Position numbers and translations under genes: made by a program. DNA of 31,423 bases from a virus (Duplodnaviria; Heunggongvirae; Uroviricota; Caudoviricetes): positions 1-31,423 of the IMG/VR virus record IMGVR_UViG_2974574029_000001; one strand, written 5' to 3'. This document shows positions 10,007 to 19,246 of the stretch, piece after piece. Numbering within the stretch: position 1 is the first letter of the stretch; the number at the start of each line of letters is the position of its first letter. The notes beneath the pieces were generated by a model, which worked only from the letters and a program-made list of their open reading frames with translations, made no database searches and had not been told where the DNA came from.

Positions 10007-10516
10007 TTATAGTTTCGATAAAACGTTGATCGCTTCGTGGTGTTCTTTCATCTTTGTCAGACGAAGATACATGTCATGATACTTACGAACACGTAACAAA
10101 TCCTTATCTGTCAGACCTTTCAGGCGACGAACATCCGAGTTGTGGCGTAGGTCTGCAAGCTTCACACGAACCGCATCGTAGTTGCTTGCAATACCCTGAA
10201 AATATTCTTCTGGTGTTTGATTCGGTGTCTTCGTTAGGAGAACCACTGCACAGACAACACGGTTGGAGAACCCCATCATCACGAGATCAGCCGCCATAAC
10301 GTCAGTATCTTCGACAACATCATGTAGCGCTGCGATCGCCATCAACTGAAAGTCATCTGACTTCAGATAATGCATAACCTTCAGAGGGTGAAGGATGTAC
10401 GGGTTACCACCCTTATCTTTCTGATTCAGGTGGCCTTCTGCTGCAATTTTAATTGCCAGGGCAAGCTCTTGTGCTGGATTTAAAACTTGTATCTGGGTAT
10501 TGATTGCTGATACCAT
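10007..10516 (-). CDS. HD-domain hydrolase, SpoT/Mesh1-like ((p)ppGpp hydrolase family)
   Basis: HLNQKDKGGNPYILHP, AALHDVVEDT, VKLADLRHN. Confidence 0.85.
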   Translation of the reverse strand: MVSAINTQIQVLNPAQELALAIKIAAEGHLNQKDKGGNPYILHPLKVMHYLKSDDFQLMAIAALHDVVEDTDVMAADLVMMGFSNRVVCAVVLLTKTPNQTPEEYFQGIASNYDAVRVKLADLRHNSDVRRLKGLTDKDLLRVRKYHDMYLRLTKMKEHHEAINVLSKL

Positions 10517-11499
10517 TTTATGGCCTCATCTAGGTTAAAAGGTTTTATATACAGTCTATCGAAAGATTTTAGGTTGTCAAGCCAAAATTCATTATCATAT
10601 CCCGCAATCGAAATCATCATCAGTTCTTCTTCGGTCGGAGAATTCCCTTCCATCATGCATGAAAGTTTCTGATCATTTTCTATATGAAACATAGTTTCTT
10701 CTGGAGAACAAACGAACATCGCCTTGCGTACCTTATTCTCAATCTTCCTATTTATAATATTGAGAACAGAATGATTGATTTGTCTACACAACTGGTCCAA
10801 TCCTGAAGAATTTAAATAATCAGTGTGGAGAACAAGATCACCGCAAACCAACCTCACATGCAGAAGATCAAATCGATCATAAGGAAGGTTTTTCCACGAT
10901 CCAGGGGCATTTCTTTTGCTTTGATGACTCGCATACTCTACAACTAAACGAAGGTCATCCCCATTCGACATATCTTCAAGAAGGGGTTTCAAATGATAAA
11001 GAAAATTGCTGGTACGGTGGGAAAAATCCCAGAACGAACATTTAAACGCCGCACCATTCCCATGACCATGAAAACAAAGTTCCACTGTCTCTGTTAAACG
11101 ATCTGACCAAGGATGATTTCCGCCTGTGCGGTGTGTTCTATGCTCTACCACCATACTGGATAGGGAATGAGAGGTGGTCCTCCGATTCATATCAAAAGCG
11201 AAATCCATCACATCCTCATCATTACCATCAAACCATTCCCAATAAAAAGGTCCGCCATGTGTAGGAAGTTTATGAAGACAGGACAAAACAATTTCCAAAA
11301 CAGGGTTCTGATCCCGAACCCCTCGAAGATACTCAATAAACCTGGTGGTAGGATTATGGGACGTCTCAAAGGTTGAATTGAATCTCTCCTGGGCCAAGAG
11401 AAGCTTTCTCTCTTCCAACAACATATCTATGAAGCTTCTGTCTTGGTGATTCACCTCCCAAAACTCACCTGTTTTTACATTCACATCGATTTTGTTCAT
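10480..11499 (-). CDS. Hypothetical protein (~339 aa); start uncertain
   Basis: Long ORF downstream of the leftward promoter at 11533-11561. Confidence 0.75.
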   Translation of the reverse strand: MNKIDVNVKTGEFWEVNHQDRSFIDMLLEERKLLLAQERFNSTFETSHNPTTRFIEYLRGVRDQNPVLEIVLSCLHKLPTHGGPFYWEWFDGNDEDVMDFAFDMNRRTTSHSLSSMVVEHRTHRTGGNHPWSDRLTETVELCFHGHGNGAAFKCSFWDFSHRTSNFLYHLKPLLEDMSNGDDLRLVVEYASHQSKRNAPGSWKNLPYDRFDLLHVRLVCGDLVLHTDYLNSSGLDQLCRQINHSVLNIINRKIENKVRKAMFVCSPEETMFHIENDQKLSCMMEGNSPTEEELMMISIAGYDNEFWLDNLKSFDRLYIKPFNLDEAIKWYQQSIPRYKF

Positions 11500-11532
11500 A
11501 ATCATACCTTCCTTTCTAACAAATAATGAGCA

Positions 11533-11593
11533 AAGATACACCACCGATTTTTAGAAATCAAGTGTTGACAACATCTTTCTGAAGAGCGATAAT
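11533..11593. promoter_or_regulatory. Divergent sigma70 promoter pair
   Basis: Minus: TTGATT-N17-TATCTT (11533-11561); plus: TTGACA-N17-GATAAT (11565-11593). Confidence 0.75.
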
Positions 11594-11631
11594 CATCTCA
11601 CTAAGAACGGGAAAGACCCAAGGAGTTAGAA

Positions 11632-12522
11632 ATGTTTGATGTTAAAAAGAAATTTACCAACAGTGAGATTAAAAGCCTAGAAGAACGGTATCATAAAAAG
11701 GTAGAACGCACAAAGAAACGTGGCTTAGAATTCTCCTTGACCCTTGATGATTGGTTCATGATGGGAGAAAAGCTTTTAGGCATCGGCCCGTGCGACTACA
11801 CCAACATGAACTTTAGCATGAGGTCGGTACATGGCGAGAAGGACCCATTGTACCCTACAGTTGAGCGCATCGATGATAAGAAAGGTTATGTTCGTGGAAA
11901 CGTATGCGTTGTCTTGCAAAGAGCCAATGAATTGAAAGATCGTTTGGTTGACAAGAAAACAGCTATCACTATAATTGATCCGCTAGACCGTGAGATTGTG
12001 CAGGCTATGATGCTGAATATGTCTAAAGACCATCTCGAAAAACTGAAAACTAAATATATTCCCCAAGAGGAGAACAAAATGGACATGAAAGAACACATGG
12101 CAGAAGTAGAAGGGAACCACAACACAGAATACAAAGAAATTGCTGAACAGCATTTCCACAAACAACCGCCTGTGGCAGAAGAGACCACTACACCAGTGGA
12201 AGAAAAACAGAAGTTGCCTGATGATGTTGCTGTAGCGCTGGCCTATGCCAACTACTGTAAGACCTTCTCTGATGCGGGTATGAACGTTTCTGTAACCTAT
12301 GCACAGTTCAAAGCCAAGTATGTTCGCAATACTTGTGCCCTGACTGGAGAGAAATTATCTGGTGAACCTAAGTCGATCCTGATCATGGATCTGAAAATTG
12401 GCTTTGCTAAGGACAATTTCGTCATCGTGTCGAAGAAAATGGAAACTGCGATGACTCAACTGATTATCCAGACAGGCATGAGCCTGCCTAAAGTTGCAGC
12501 GATGCTGAACAAGGTGGTGTAA
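11632..12522 (+). CDS. T4 Srd-like protein with a second degenerate copy of the domain
   Basis: KKRGLEFSLT, PCDYT, TVERIDDKKGYVRGNVCVV resemble T4 Srd; C-terminal TCALTGEK...IMDLKIGFAKDNFVIV repeats the pattern. Confidence 0.65.
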   Translation: MFDVKKKFTNSEIKSLEERYHKKVERTKKRGLEFSLTLDDWFMMGEKLLGIGPCDYTNMNFSMRSVHGEKDPLYPTVERIDDKKGYVRGNVCVVLQRANELKDRLVDKKTAITIIDPLDREIVQAMMLNMSKDHLEKLKTKYIPQEENKMDMKEHMAEVEGNHNTEYKEIAEQHFHKQPPVAEETTTPVEEKQKLPDDVAVALAYANYCKTFSDAGMNVSVTYAQFKAKYVRNTCALTGEKLSGEPKSILIMDLKIGFAKDNFVIVSKKMETAMTQLIIQTGMSLPKVAAMLNKVV

Positions 12523-12782
12523 TGTACGAAGACATCTTGGGCCGTCCTGCATCGGCCCCAGAAATAAAAATGCTGAATGCCGGGTTTGGACCAACACTCC
12601 ACTTTGGTGAAGAGGTAGAGACCCTCACTGAGAGACCTGTTCGTGGTAAGATTGACGGTATTGTTTTATTCGCCGTACCTCATCTTCCGGGAGCGCCTGG
12701 TCCACAATTAGCGTGGGGTTTCAGGGTTGAGGGGATAGATGAATTTTTACCCCAAATTGCATTGCAAAGGGTGATGAATTAA
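12522..12782 (+). CDS. Hypothetical protein
   Basis: 86-aa ORF coupled to upstream stop. Confidence 0.65.
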   Translation: MYEDILGRPASAPEIKMLNAGFGPTLHFGEEVETLTERPVRGKIDGIVLFAVPHLPGAPGPQLAWGFRVEGIDEFLPQIALQRVMN

Positions 12783-12817
12783 CCTATAATAAGGCCATCG
12801 TAACTGATGGCCTTTTT
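12762..12817 (+). promoter_or_regulatory. Promoter overlapping an intrinsic terminator, upstream of HNH
   Basis: TTGCAA-N17-TATAAT (12762-12790), then AGGCCATC-GTAACT-GATGGCCT-TTTT. Confidence 0.75.
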
Positions 12818-12831
12818 TCTTGGAGAAGAAA

Positions 12832-13458
12832 ATGAAATTAGTTTGTGGTGTCGGTATAAATGACGCAGATTACAACGTAGTCCAGTTTCGGAATGGTAAG
12901 CAGGTTTGGATATGCCCTCACTATAGGGCGTGGAAGAGTATGTTGGGAAGGGTTACTGGAGTGTACACAGACGTGACGGTTGTTAACGCATGGAAGACTT
13001 TTTCAAATTTTAGGTTGTGGTCTGTAAAAAATGCTCCACGTTCGATGGAAGGTTATGTATTGGACAAGGACTTATTATCTTTTTCGAAAAAAGTATATGG
13101 CCCCCTTACGTGTGTATACATTCCAAAAACTTTGAACTCTTTACTGACAGTCGTCAAAGTAAACAAAAACGGCCTACCGCTTGGTGTGTCCAAGATGGAT
13201 GATTTATTTGTTTCCCAGATTTCATACCTCGGGAAGAAGAAAGGTCTAGGTAGGTTTTTAAATCCTTCAGATGCTCACCGAGCATGGCAACAGGAAAAAG
13301 TAAATAATCTTCTTGACTATTCAACCAAGTATTATAAAGAATTGGATTTTAATCCCGTTGTTTATGATGCTATACTAACTATAGCAATGAAGATTCATAA
13401 AGAAGAGGTCTCTGGATTAGAAACAGTAAATCTCTTTACCAACAACATAATCTACTGA
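12832..13458 (+). CDS. HNH-type homing endonuclease
   Basis: GVGINDAD, YRAWKSML, WKTFSNF, LDKDLL, YGPLTCVYIP pattern shared with 19806-20399. Confidence 0.85.
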   Translation: MKLVCGVGINDADYNVVQFRNGKQVWICPHYRAWKSMLGRVTGVYTDVTVVNAWKTFSNFRLWSVKNAPRSMEGYVLDKDLLSFSKKVYGPLTCVYIPKTLNSLLTVVKVNKNGLPLGVSKMDDLFVSQISYLGKKKGLGRFLNPSDAHRAWQQEKVNNLLDYSTKYYKELDFNPVVYDAILTIAMKIHKEEVSGLETVNLFTNNIIY

Positions 13459-13469
13459 GGGAAATAACT

Positions 13470-14897
13470 GTGTATAAAGACGAGTCGGAGATGATCTCCA
13501 AGCTACAAGATTCAGCACTGAAGAAAGTTCAGTCTGCCCGCATCGCTTTACTTACTAATCGACCATTCTATGGGACATTATTAAGCGGTATGCCGCTGAT
13601 CGTTGACTGTTCATGGCTTCCAACCGCAGCAACTGATCATCGCAATCTATACTTTAACCCAGAGTTTATTATGGGTATGCCTGCCGATCGCAAGAAAAAA
13701 GTCTTTGCTCGTATTGACAAGCATCCGATGATGACACAACAGCAAAAAGATGATTACAAAGAGTACATCAATGTATTTTATCGTCAAAAAACCATGAAAG
13801 AAATTGTATTCATCATGATGCATGAGGTCCGCCATGTCACCAACGACCACATGTCTCGTGGGAAAACATTTGATCGCAAACGTTTCAACATCGCTGCCGA
13901 TCACTATATCAATACTGACCTGGTGAAGGAGTTGGGCCAGAAAGCCGAGAGTTTGAAATGGTTCACTCATCGGCAAGTCTTTGATAAGACAAAAGAATTT
14001 GGATTTCTTGCTTACTGTTATTGCGATTACCAATATGAGGGAAAAACGGCTGAAGAGATTTATGCTCTACTACCGGAAGAGATTGGTGACGGTGAAGGTA
14101 AGCCGCTGGGAGCGCACATAGGGGATTATGATAAAGACCTTGACATCCTGGGGTATACGGACCCACACCCACAGAAGTCTGCTGATCAGGAAGATGAGGA
14201 TATGTCTTGGTCTGAGGACATGATTGACGCTGCTATGAAAGCCGCAGGTGGTGAAGGGCCGAAAGAAGCCAGAGAATTAATCGCACAAAAAGGTAAACCG
14301 AAGATTAATTACCTGCAAATCATTAAGCAGCGAATGATTTCTCGTGTTAAATCAGACCGTACTTATCGGGTCTTAGGTCGTCGATCAGGAGGAATGACAA
14401 AAGTCCTTCGTGATCACGGCGCTCTAACTAAGAAACAGTTCATGGTTATGCCTGGCAGAAAAAGAACAGAGACTGTTGATATTGTAATCGGTTTTGACGT
14501 TTCAGGTTCTATCTCTCGTCAAACAATGACACGTATCTTCAATGAGATAATCGCTTTGAGCACCCTGTACCAATGTTTCCGTATCACATTGTTCTGTTGG
14601 TCAACCCAAGTTGGCAACGTCAACGTGTACACACAGGATAACATAAAGGAAATTCTGGATTACAGAGTTACATCGACTGGTGGGACAACTGCTGCATGTG
14701 CTTTTGAGTACATCGATGAGTTTATTCCTAAGGCAAAAGAGGTTATAATCTTCACAGATGGTTACATAGAGGACCTGAGACATCGTGGCTCAAGCTGGGG
14801 GCGTAAGTACAACACTCTCTGGGTTATCTGCGGTGGGCGCAAGGGTTGGATTCCACCATTTGGAAAAGCTGTGGACTTAGATGAACACTTTAAATAA
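13470..14897 (+). CDS. Metallopeptidase-like (HExxH) plus VWA domain protein, DUF2201-like; usual partner of MoxR AAA
   Basis: PTAATD, HEVRH, FNIAADHYIN; MIDAS FDVSGS, GGT, IIFTDG. Confidence 0.9.
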   Translation: MYKDESEMISKLQDSALKKVQSARIALLTNRPFYGTLLSGMPLIVDCSWLPTAATDHRNLYFNPEFIMGMPADRKKKVFARIDKHPMMTQQQKDDYKEYINVFYRQKTMKEIVFIMMHEVRHVTNDHMSRGKTFDRKRFNIAADHYINTDLVKELGQKAESLKWFTHRQVFDKTKEFGFLAYCYCDYQYEGKTAEEIYALLPEEIGDGEGKPLGAHIGDYDKDLDILGYTDPHPQKSADQEDEDMSWSEDMIDAAMKAAGGEGPKEARELIAQKGKPKINYLQIIKQRMISRVKSDRTYRVLGRRSGGMTKVLRDHGALTKKQFMVMPGRKRTETVDIVIGFDVSGSISRQTMTRIFNEIIALSTLYQCFRITLFCWSTQVGNVNVYTQDNIKEILDYRVTSTGGTTAACAFEYIDEFIPKAKEVIIFTDGYIEDLRHRGSSWGRKYNTLWVICGGRKGWIPPFGKAVDLDEHFK

Positions 14898-15291
14898 AAA
14901 AATTGTTCACAATTTGTATTTCCAGGTACTCTTGTTGGGGCTTGGTTGTTGCCTCATTGTGAACTTTGAAGCCCAAGACGGTCAAGATTGGAACGGATAT
15001 CAGTACGAAATTTTCTGTAACAGGAGGATTGTCGAGGTCTATGGTCACGGAGAAGGAGGTGAGAGGGAGATTCTCATCTCCAGGGATTTCACAGATGATC
15101 CCCTCCACATCACAGAAGAAGAGCTTAGTCTGGTCGAAGTTATGATGACACACTTGTCTCCATTCGAGAGAAGTTTGCACAAACTTGGATGTGATCTGGC
15201 TGTTCTTCACCACAATGATGCATCTCAAGAATATGCCCAAGAGGTTGTACTCACTCATTTGGAGAAATACTTGGATGCCAAAAAAGAGTGA
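14881..15291 (+). CDS. Hypothetical protein; start uncertain
   Basis: 136-aa ORF overlapping both neighbours. Confidence 0.55.
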   Translation: MNTLNKKIVHNLYFQVLLLGLGCCLIVNFEAQDGQDWNGYQYEIFCNRRIVEVYGHGEGGEREILISRDFTDDPLHITEEELSLVEVMMTHLSPFERSLHKLGCDLAVLHHNDASQEYAQEVVLTHLEKYLDAKKE

Positions 15292-15553
15292 GAAGTGGGT
15301 AGCTTGTGACGAAAAAGAGCTGCATGATAAGAACCTGTCATGCACAGATCTTCGTGTCCTGCTCCACATAAAGTACAAGGCAGGATACTTAGAGACAAAA
15401 GGGAAGAAATACTTTGCTAGTTATAAAACGATTAGTGAAGCGACGGGTGTGTCTGAAAGGTCAATCAGCACATCCATAAAAAACCTCGTGGCACTAGGGT
15501 ATCTATCTACAGAACGCAGAGGGATGAGTACGTATGAGTATACCGTGTTGTGA
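15275..15553 (+). CDS. Winged helix-turn-helix protein (HTH_36-like, replication-initiator-type N-domain)
   Basis: LSCTDLRVLLHI...FASYKTISEATGVSERSISTSIKNLVALGYL; GGAGA SD. Confidence 0.8.
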   Translation: MPKKSEKWVACDEKELHDKNLSCTDLRVLLHIKYKAGYLETKGKKYFASYKTISEATGVSERSISTSIKNLVALGYLSTERRGMSTYEYTVL

Positions 15554-15667
15554 TGCAAATTTTGCGTCTCGTGTCATGCAAATTTTGCACATGAATACAT
15601 ATATAAAATAATACACATAAGATCTTAAAAACATAAAACATAGATCTTTATAAAAAGATCTTGATCT
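15553..15667. repeat. Origin-like element: two 13-bp palindromic repeats plus AT-rich tract with AGATCT repeats
   Basis: ATGCAAATTTTGC at 15553 and 15576; AGATCT at 15620, 15642, 15656; very AT-rich 15590-15660. Confidence 0.6.
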
Positions 15668-15700
15668 ATGGTTTACTTAGTGTATAGTTAGTTTCAAGAG

Positions 15701-15796
15701 GAAGTGATGAATCACTTCAGTCATCCACAAGTGGATTAGCCATGAGCTAACCCGTTTACGGGTGTTAGATGTGTGTGGAAGTGCGAACTTGTTCGC
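15701..15796. repeat. Chain of back-to-back short palindromes
   Basis: GAAGTGAT-GA-ATCACTTC; ATCCAC-AA-GTGGAT; TTAGC-CATGA-GCTAA; ACCCGT-TT-ACGGGT; GCGAAC-TT-GTTCGC. Confidence 0.85.
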
Positions 15797-15870
15797 TTAT
15801 GTGATGGAGGCATGGGCGACAGTGAATCTTATGAACGACTTAACTGGGGGCGGCGCGAGGCCGACAACAA

Positions 15871-16131
15871 ATGAAAACGATCCGTATTCGTCAACACCGT
15901 GGTGGCCTGTTGGAAAGCAAACAAACAGAGAAAGAAATTCCTGCCACCAAAGAAGCTGTGCTTGAATACGTTGTAGATTCTGGTATGATTATGACTATGC
16001 TTCCTCTGGGAGCTGATGATGTTGTAGTTGTGCCTTACTATGAAGATGGTAAGGACAAGATTTATATGGTGAAGGTATTCTCTATGCCCTTCGGCTTCAT
16101 TGAAACTGTTGGAAATTTAACACTTAATTAA
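15871..16131 (+). CDS. Hypothetical protein
   Basis: 86-aa ORF, GAGG SD. Confidence 0.7.
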   Translation: MKTIRIRQHRGGLLESKQTEKEIPATKEAVLEYVVDSGMIMTMLPLGADDVVVVPYYEDGKDKIYMVKVFSMPFGFIETVGNLTLN

Positions 16132-16156
16132 AGTTATCCTAAGAGGAGATTACAAA

Positions 16157-16801
16157 ATGGGTTCATGGCCTTTTCTGATTTATGTAATTGATGTTCTGAC
16201 TACAGACGGTAATTATGGTGGTTGGGTTGCTCTGATGCTTATCTCTGCTCTCGCATACGCCGGTTGCTATTTCGGTCAGAAGATTTATGAAGATCTTGAG
16301 AAGAATGGTACAGCCTTAGGGTATCAGTTCTTCGAAGGTGAAAACCTGATTCTTAACCAAGACTGGAGTGGATATAAGGCCGGGGATACGATTGAGATCG
16401 TTACGGTATGGAACAGTGATAATACACTTCGAGTTCGCTTACCTGATGGAAAGCTCTCCAGCAACTATATTAAGCAGTCCACAATTTATAAAGTAACCCG
16501 GAAGGAGAGCCAATCAACAACACCTGTTGTGGTAAAGGATGTTACCAAAGGTCCACGTAAGATCGCAGTCTTTGGCATGGTTGTATGTTTCCTAGGTATC
16601 CTGTACGCTAACTTTATGCCACAGAAAGAAACAGCATATAAAATGCTTGCGGCGTATGTAGGTCAGAATGTGGTCGAGTCACCACGTACACAACAACTGG
16701 CTGATAGCACCATTAAGTATCTTGATGCTCAAATCAAGAAATATACTGAAGAGTTGGATGCAGCCGCCAAAACAAAAGAAGACAAAAAGGAGTCTAAATG
16801 A
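16157..16801 (+). CDS. Membrane protein with a central SH3-like segment
   Basis: Hydrophobic segments at the N-terminus and near residues 135-155; GAGGAG SD. Confidence 0.75.
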   Translation: MGSWPFLIYVIDVLTTDGNYGGWVALMLISALAYAGCYFGQKIYEDLEKNGTALGYQFFEGENLILNQDWSGYKAGDTIEIVTVWNSDNTLRVRLPDGKLSSNYIKQSTIYKVTRKESQSTTPVVVKDVTKGPRKIAVFGMVVCFLGILYANFMPQKETAYKMLAAYVGQNVVESPRTQQLADSTIKYLDAQIKKYTEELDAAAKTKEDKKESK

Positions 16802-17124
16802 CAGGAATCGCTGAACGCGTCCTCCAGTCCTCAGTCCGGGCGCAGGCCCGGTCTACTGTTTCTGTGATGATGAATCTGGTAGAGGAAGTTGGGGAACTGG
16901 CACGAGCACTGAATCGTCCTTATCGCTGTGATGAACCTGCAATTGCAGAGATCGCTGATGTGATCAACTGTGCAATCGACCTAGCATACATGCTTGAGCT
17001 TCAAGACTCTAGCGATTCTGACCTGAAAGAAATCGCAGAGAGGGTCCAGTGTCGTCTTGAGCATTATGTTGATAAGAAGTGCAATAAGTGGGACCGTATT
17101 GTAGAGAAGATGGGGGCAAAGTGA
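16798..17124 (+). CDS. MazG-like nucleotide pyrophosphohydrolase
   Basis: NLVEEVGELARAL...AEIADV acidic helix motif. Confidence 0.8.
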   Translation: MTGIAERVLQSSVRAQARSTVSVMMNLVEEVGELARALNRPYRCDEPAIAEIADVINCAIDLAYMLELQDSSDSDLKEIAERVQCRLEHYVDKKCNKWDRIVEKMGAK

Positions 17125-17471
17125 AACCATTCGAGAAAAAGAAAATAGCACTTGACTTCGATGATACTTTCACGTTAAATCCAACCTTGTGGCACCACAT
17201 TGTTGATTTGATGGTCATCGAGGGTGACTTCGATGTTCGTTTCGTTACCTTCCGATATCCGACTGATAATAACTCGGACATTGAGTTTTGGGCTAATGAG
17301 CTGGATATCAAAGTAATCTACTGTAGTGGTGTACAAAAGGCCCAAGTGTGTGCAGAAAACCTCTGGACACCCGATGTCTGGATTGATGATATGCCAATCC
17401 TGATTCCAATGAAACAACAACTCCAGGGTATGATCCTTGGTATTGAAAATAACGAGGGTAAGCATGGCTAA
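17121..17471 (+). CDS. HAD-superfamily phosphatase-like protein (GTG start)
   Basis: IALDFDDTF motif I, FVTFR motif II, DVWIDD motif IV. Confidence 0.8.
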   Translation: MKPFEKKKIALDFDDTFTLNPTLWHHIVDLMVIEGDFDVRFVTFRYPTDNNSDIEFWANELDIKVIYCSGVQKAQVCAENLWTPDVWIDDMPILIPMKQQLQGMILGIENNEGKHG

Positions 17472-17874
17472 GTTAGGAAAGCGTGGATATCCCGCACTAT
17501 ACCTGAAAGGCAGTAATGTTTGGTATACCGGGTATGCCCATGACTGGAAGATGGGGGATAAGGTGGATGTTTCCGATCGTCATGAAATTAGCGAGCTGAA
17601 ACTTCAGTACACTGGATTCAGTCGTGGTCGTTCTGCTGCTAATATCGAAATGGTCGATCAAGGTGGGAACAAGTTCCTGATGTCGATGTCTGGTTTTGAT
17701 TTGCTGATGAAGATAGTCGATGCACCAGAAAATGTCCAAAAAGCGGAAAAGCTTCTCGGATATGATATCCTCCGTAGCACCCATCATGGTGGTTCCGGTG
17801 TCTGGTACGTTGGTTCATTTTGTCAAACAAAACAAGGTCAGAACTATTTTATTGAACCTGTGGAGGTGAGATGA
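17464..17874 (+). CDS. Hypothetical protein
   Basis: GAGGG SD before MAKLGKRG. Confidence 0.7.
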   Translation: MAKLGKRGYPALYLKGSNVWYTGYAHDWKMGDKVDVSDRHEISELKLQYTGFSRGRSAANIEMVDQGGNKFLMSMSGFDLLMKIVDAPENVQKAEKLLGYDILRSTHHGGSGVWYVGSFCQTKQGQNYFIEPVEVR

Positions 17875-18029
17875 TGAGCTTAGAAAAACGGTCTAAATAT
17901 TTGGTTTTTAAGTTCTGGGAGATCATGTATGATGTCTGCTACTTTGTATTTGGTAATCTTCCGGTTACTTACGACGTAAAACACAAGATGAATATGGCGT
18001 ATATGCGCTACCAAATGAAACGTGACTGA
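17871..18029 (+). CDS. Hypothetical protein, 52 aa (not in ORF track)
   Basis: GGAGG SD; ATGA overlap; MMSLEKRSKYLVFKFWEIMYDVCYFVFGNLPVTYDVKHKMNMAYMRYQMKRD. Confidence 0.6.
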   Translation: MMSLEKRSKYLVFKFWEIMYDVCYFVFGNLPVTYDVKHKMNMAYMRYQMKRD

Positions 18030-18155
18030 AAAACATATGCTATGATACCCCGTATGATGCGTAGAAACGCCGTGGCGGGGTTTTTAGTATACAAGGTAGG
18101 CAAACGTACTGCCTTTGCATAAAACGCCTCAGGATTGATTACAGGACGCTACACG

Positions 18156-18971
18156 ATGACTACTATTTTAAACACTCTCGAACTTATCCCTCATAACAAG
18201 GTTGGTTATGCTTTCCCAGATATGCAGAATGACCTTAAAAGGCTTTACCTTGATGCAGTATATGCCCTTGATGGTGTGGAATTCTCTGCTGACGAGGCTG
18301 ACGAAAGGAATTTCGACCAAGCCAAGGAAAGTGTGAAAAGCGTACTTGATGACCTTAGACAATACGCTACAGGTTCAGAGGTTGAAGGGCTTCTCGATTA
18401 TGCCAAGGACACTGAACGTGCCTTCGTTGAAAGAGGTGAGTATGTACTCAATGCCATGCGCCGCCTGAATAAGTTCAGCAAGGATATTTTAGATATCGAC
18501 AACACCTGGAATAGAGAAGACATTGCAAATGGTGTTGCCTGGGTCGCAGAACAACTTGGCGAGATGTTTGATGGAGGCTCCCATATACGGTACATGATGC
18601 AGAATCGTGGATGGCGAGACCTGTATCTTGATTACCTCGTGAACCTTGTCGGTAACCCGGTAGTAGAGGTGCTTGCACATTATTCTTCTGCTCACGATTT
18701 GGTGTATGGTGTCGATGGTCGTATCAAGATTGCTGATAATACCGTTACACTTATGAATGGCCCTACTTCCTTGGTCCTTTCTCCTATTCCCGGGGATATG
18801 CGTATTGTTTACACAGTCCCAGGAAAGACAGAACGGTTCCTGATTTCTGTATTGAGCACATTTTTCATTGACATTTGTAATCCGACTCCAGATGAGGTTC
18901 AAATGTATGAAATTTCTACAGGCACAACCTATGATATTATTAAATGGAAGGATATTTTCAATCCAAGATAA
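18156..18971 (+). CDS. Hypothetical protein (271 aa)
   Basis: Long ORF, AGGA SD before MTTILN. Confidence 0.75.
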   Translation: MTTILNTLELIPHNKVGYAFPDMQNDLKRLYLDAVYALDGVEFSADEADERNFDQAKESVKSVLDDLRQYATGSEVEGLLDYAKDTERAFVERGEYVLNAMRRLNKFSKDILDIDNTWNREDIANGVAWVAEQLGEMFDGGSHIRYMMQNRGWRDLYLDYLVNLVGNPVVEVLAHYSSAHDLVYGVDGRIKIADNTVTLMNGPTSLVLSPIPGDMRIVYTVPGKTERFLISVLSTFFIDICNPTPDEVQMYEISTGTTYDIIKWKDIFNPR

Positions 18972-19246
18972 GATTCAAAACTGTGGGATATTTGTACGAT
19001 ATTTAATATCCCAAAGATATTTTAAAATTCGAAATGGTTTTCAAAATCGTTTTTGAAACGGATTTCATCTTCCCTGCAAATTTTTAAATAAAGAGTTTTG
19101 GGAGTAGATTATCTCAAACCTTTGTGGAAGCTATGTCGAAAAATGATGCACAAGTGTATGATTGCTATAGGTATCTTGGCATCAAGATTGGACATTTATC
19201 TCAAATAGGCGAAAAAGATATCTCAAATTTTCAGGTAGAAAACTCT

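Noticed and set aside
15701-15870. tRNA gene
   Set aside because: Hairpins are serial with 2-nt loops; no cloverleaf, T-loop GTTCRA consensus in context or acceptor stem. No tRNA was seen elsewhere in the window.
18098-18114. PurR-box-like AGGCAAACGTACTGCCT
   Set aside because: The right half does not align with the PurR consensus without a gap; more simply a small hairpin.
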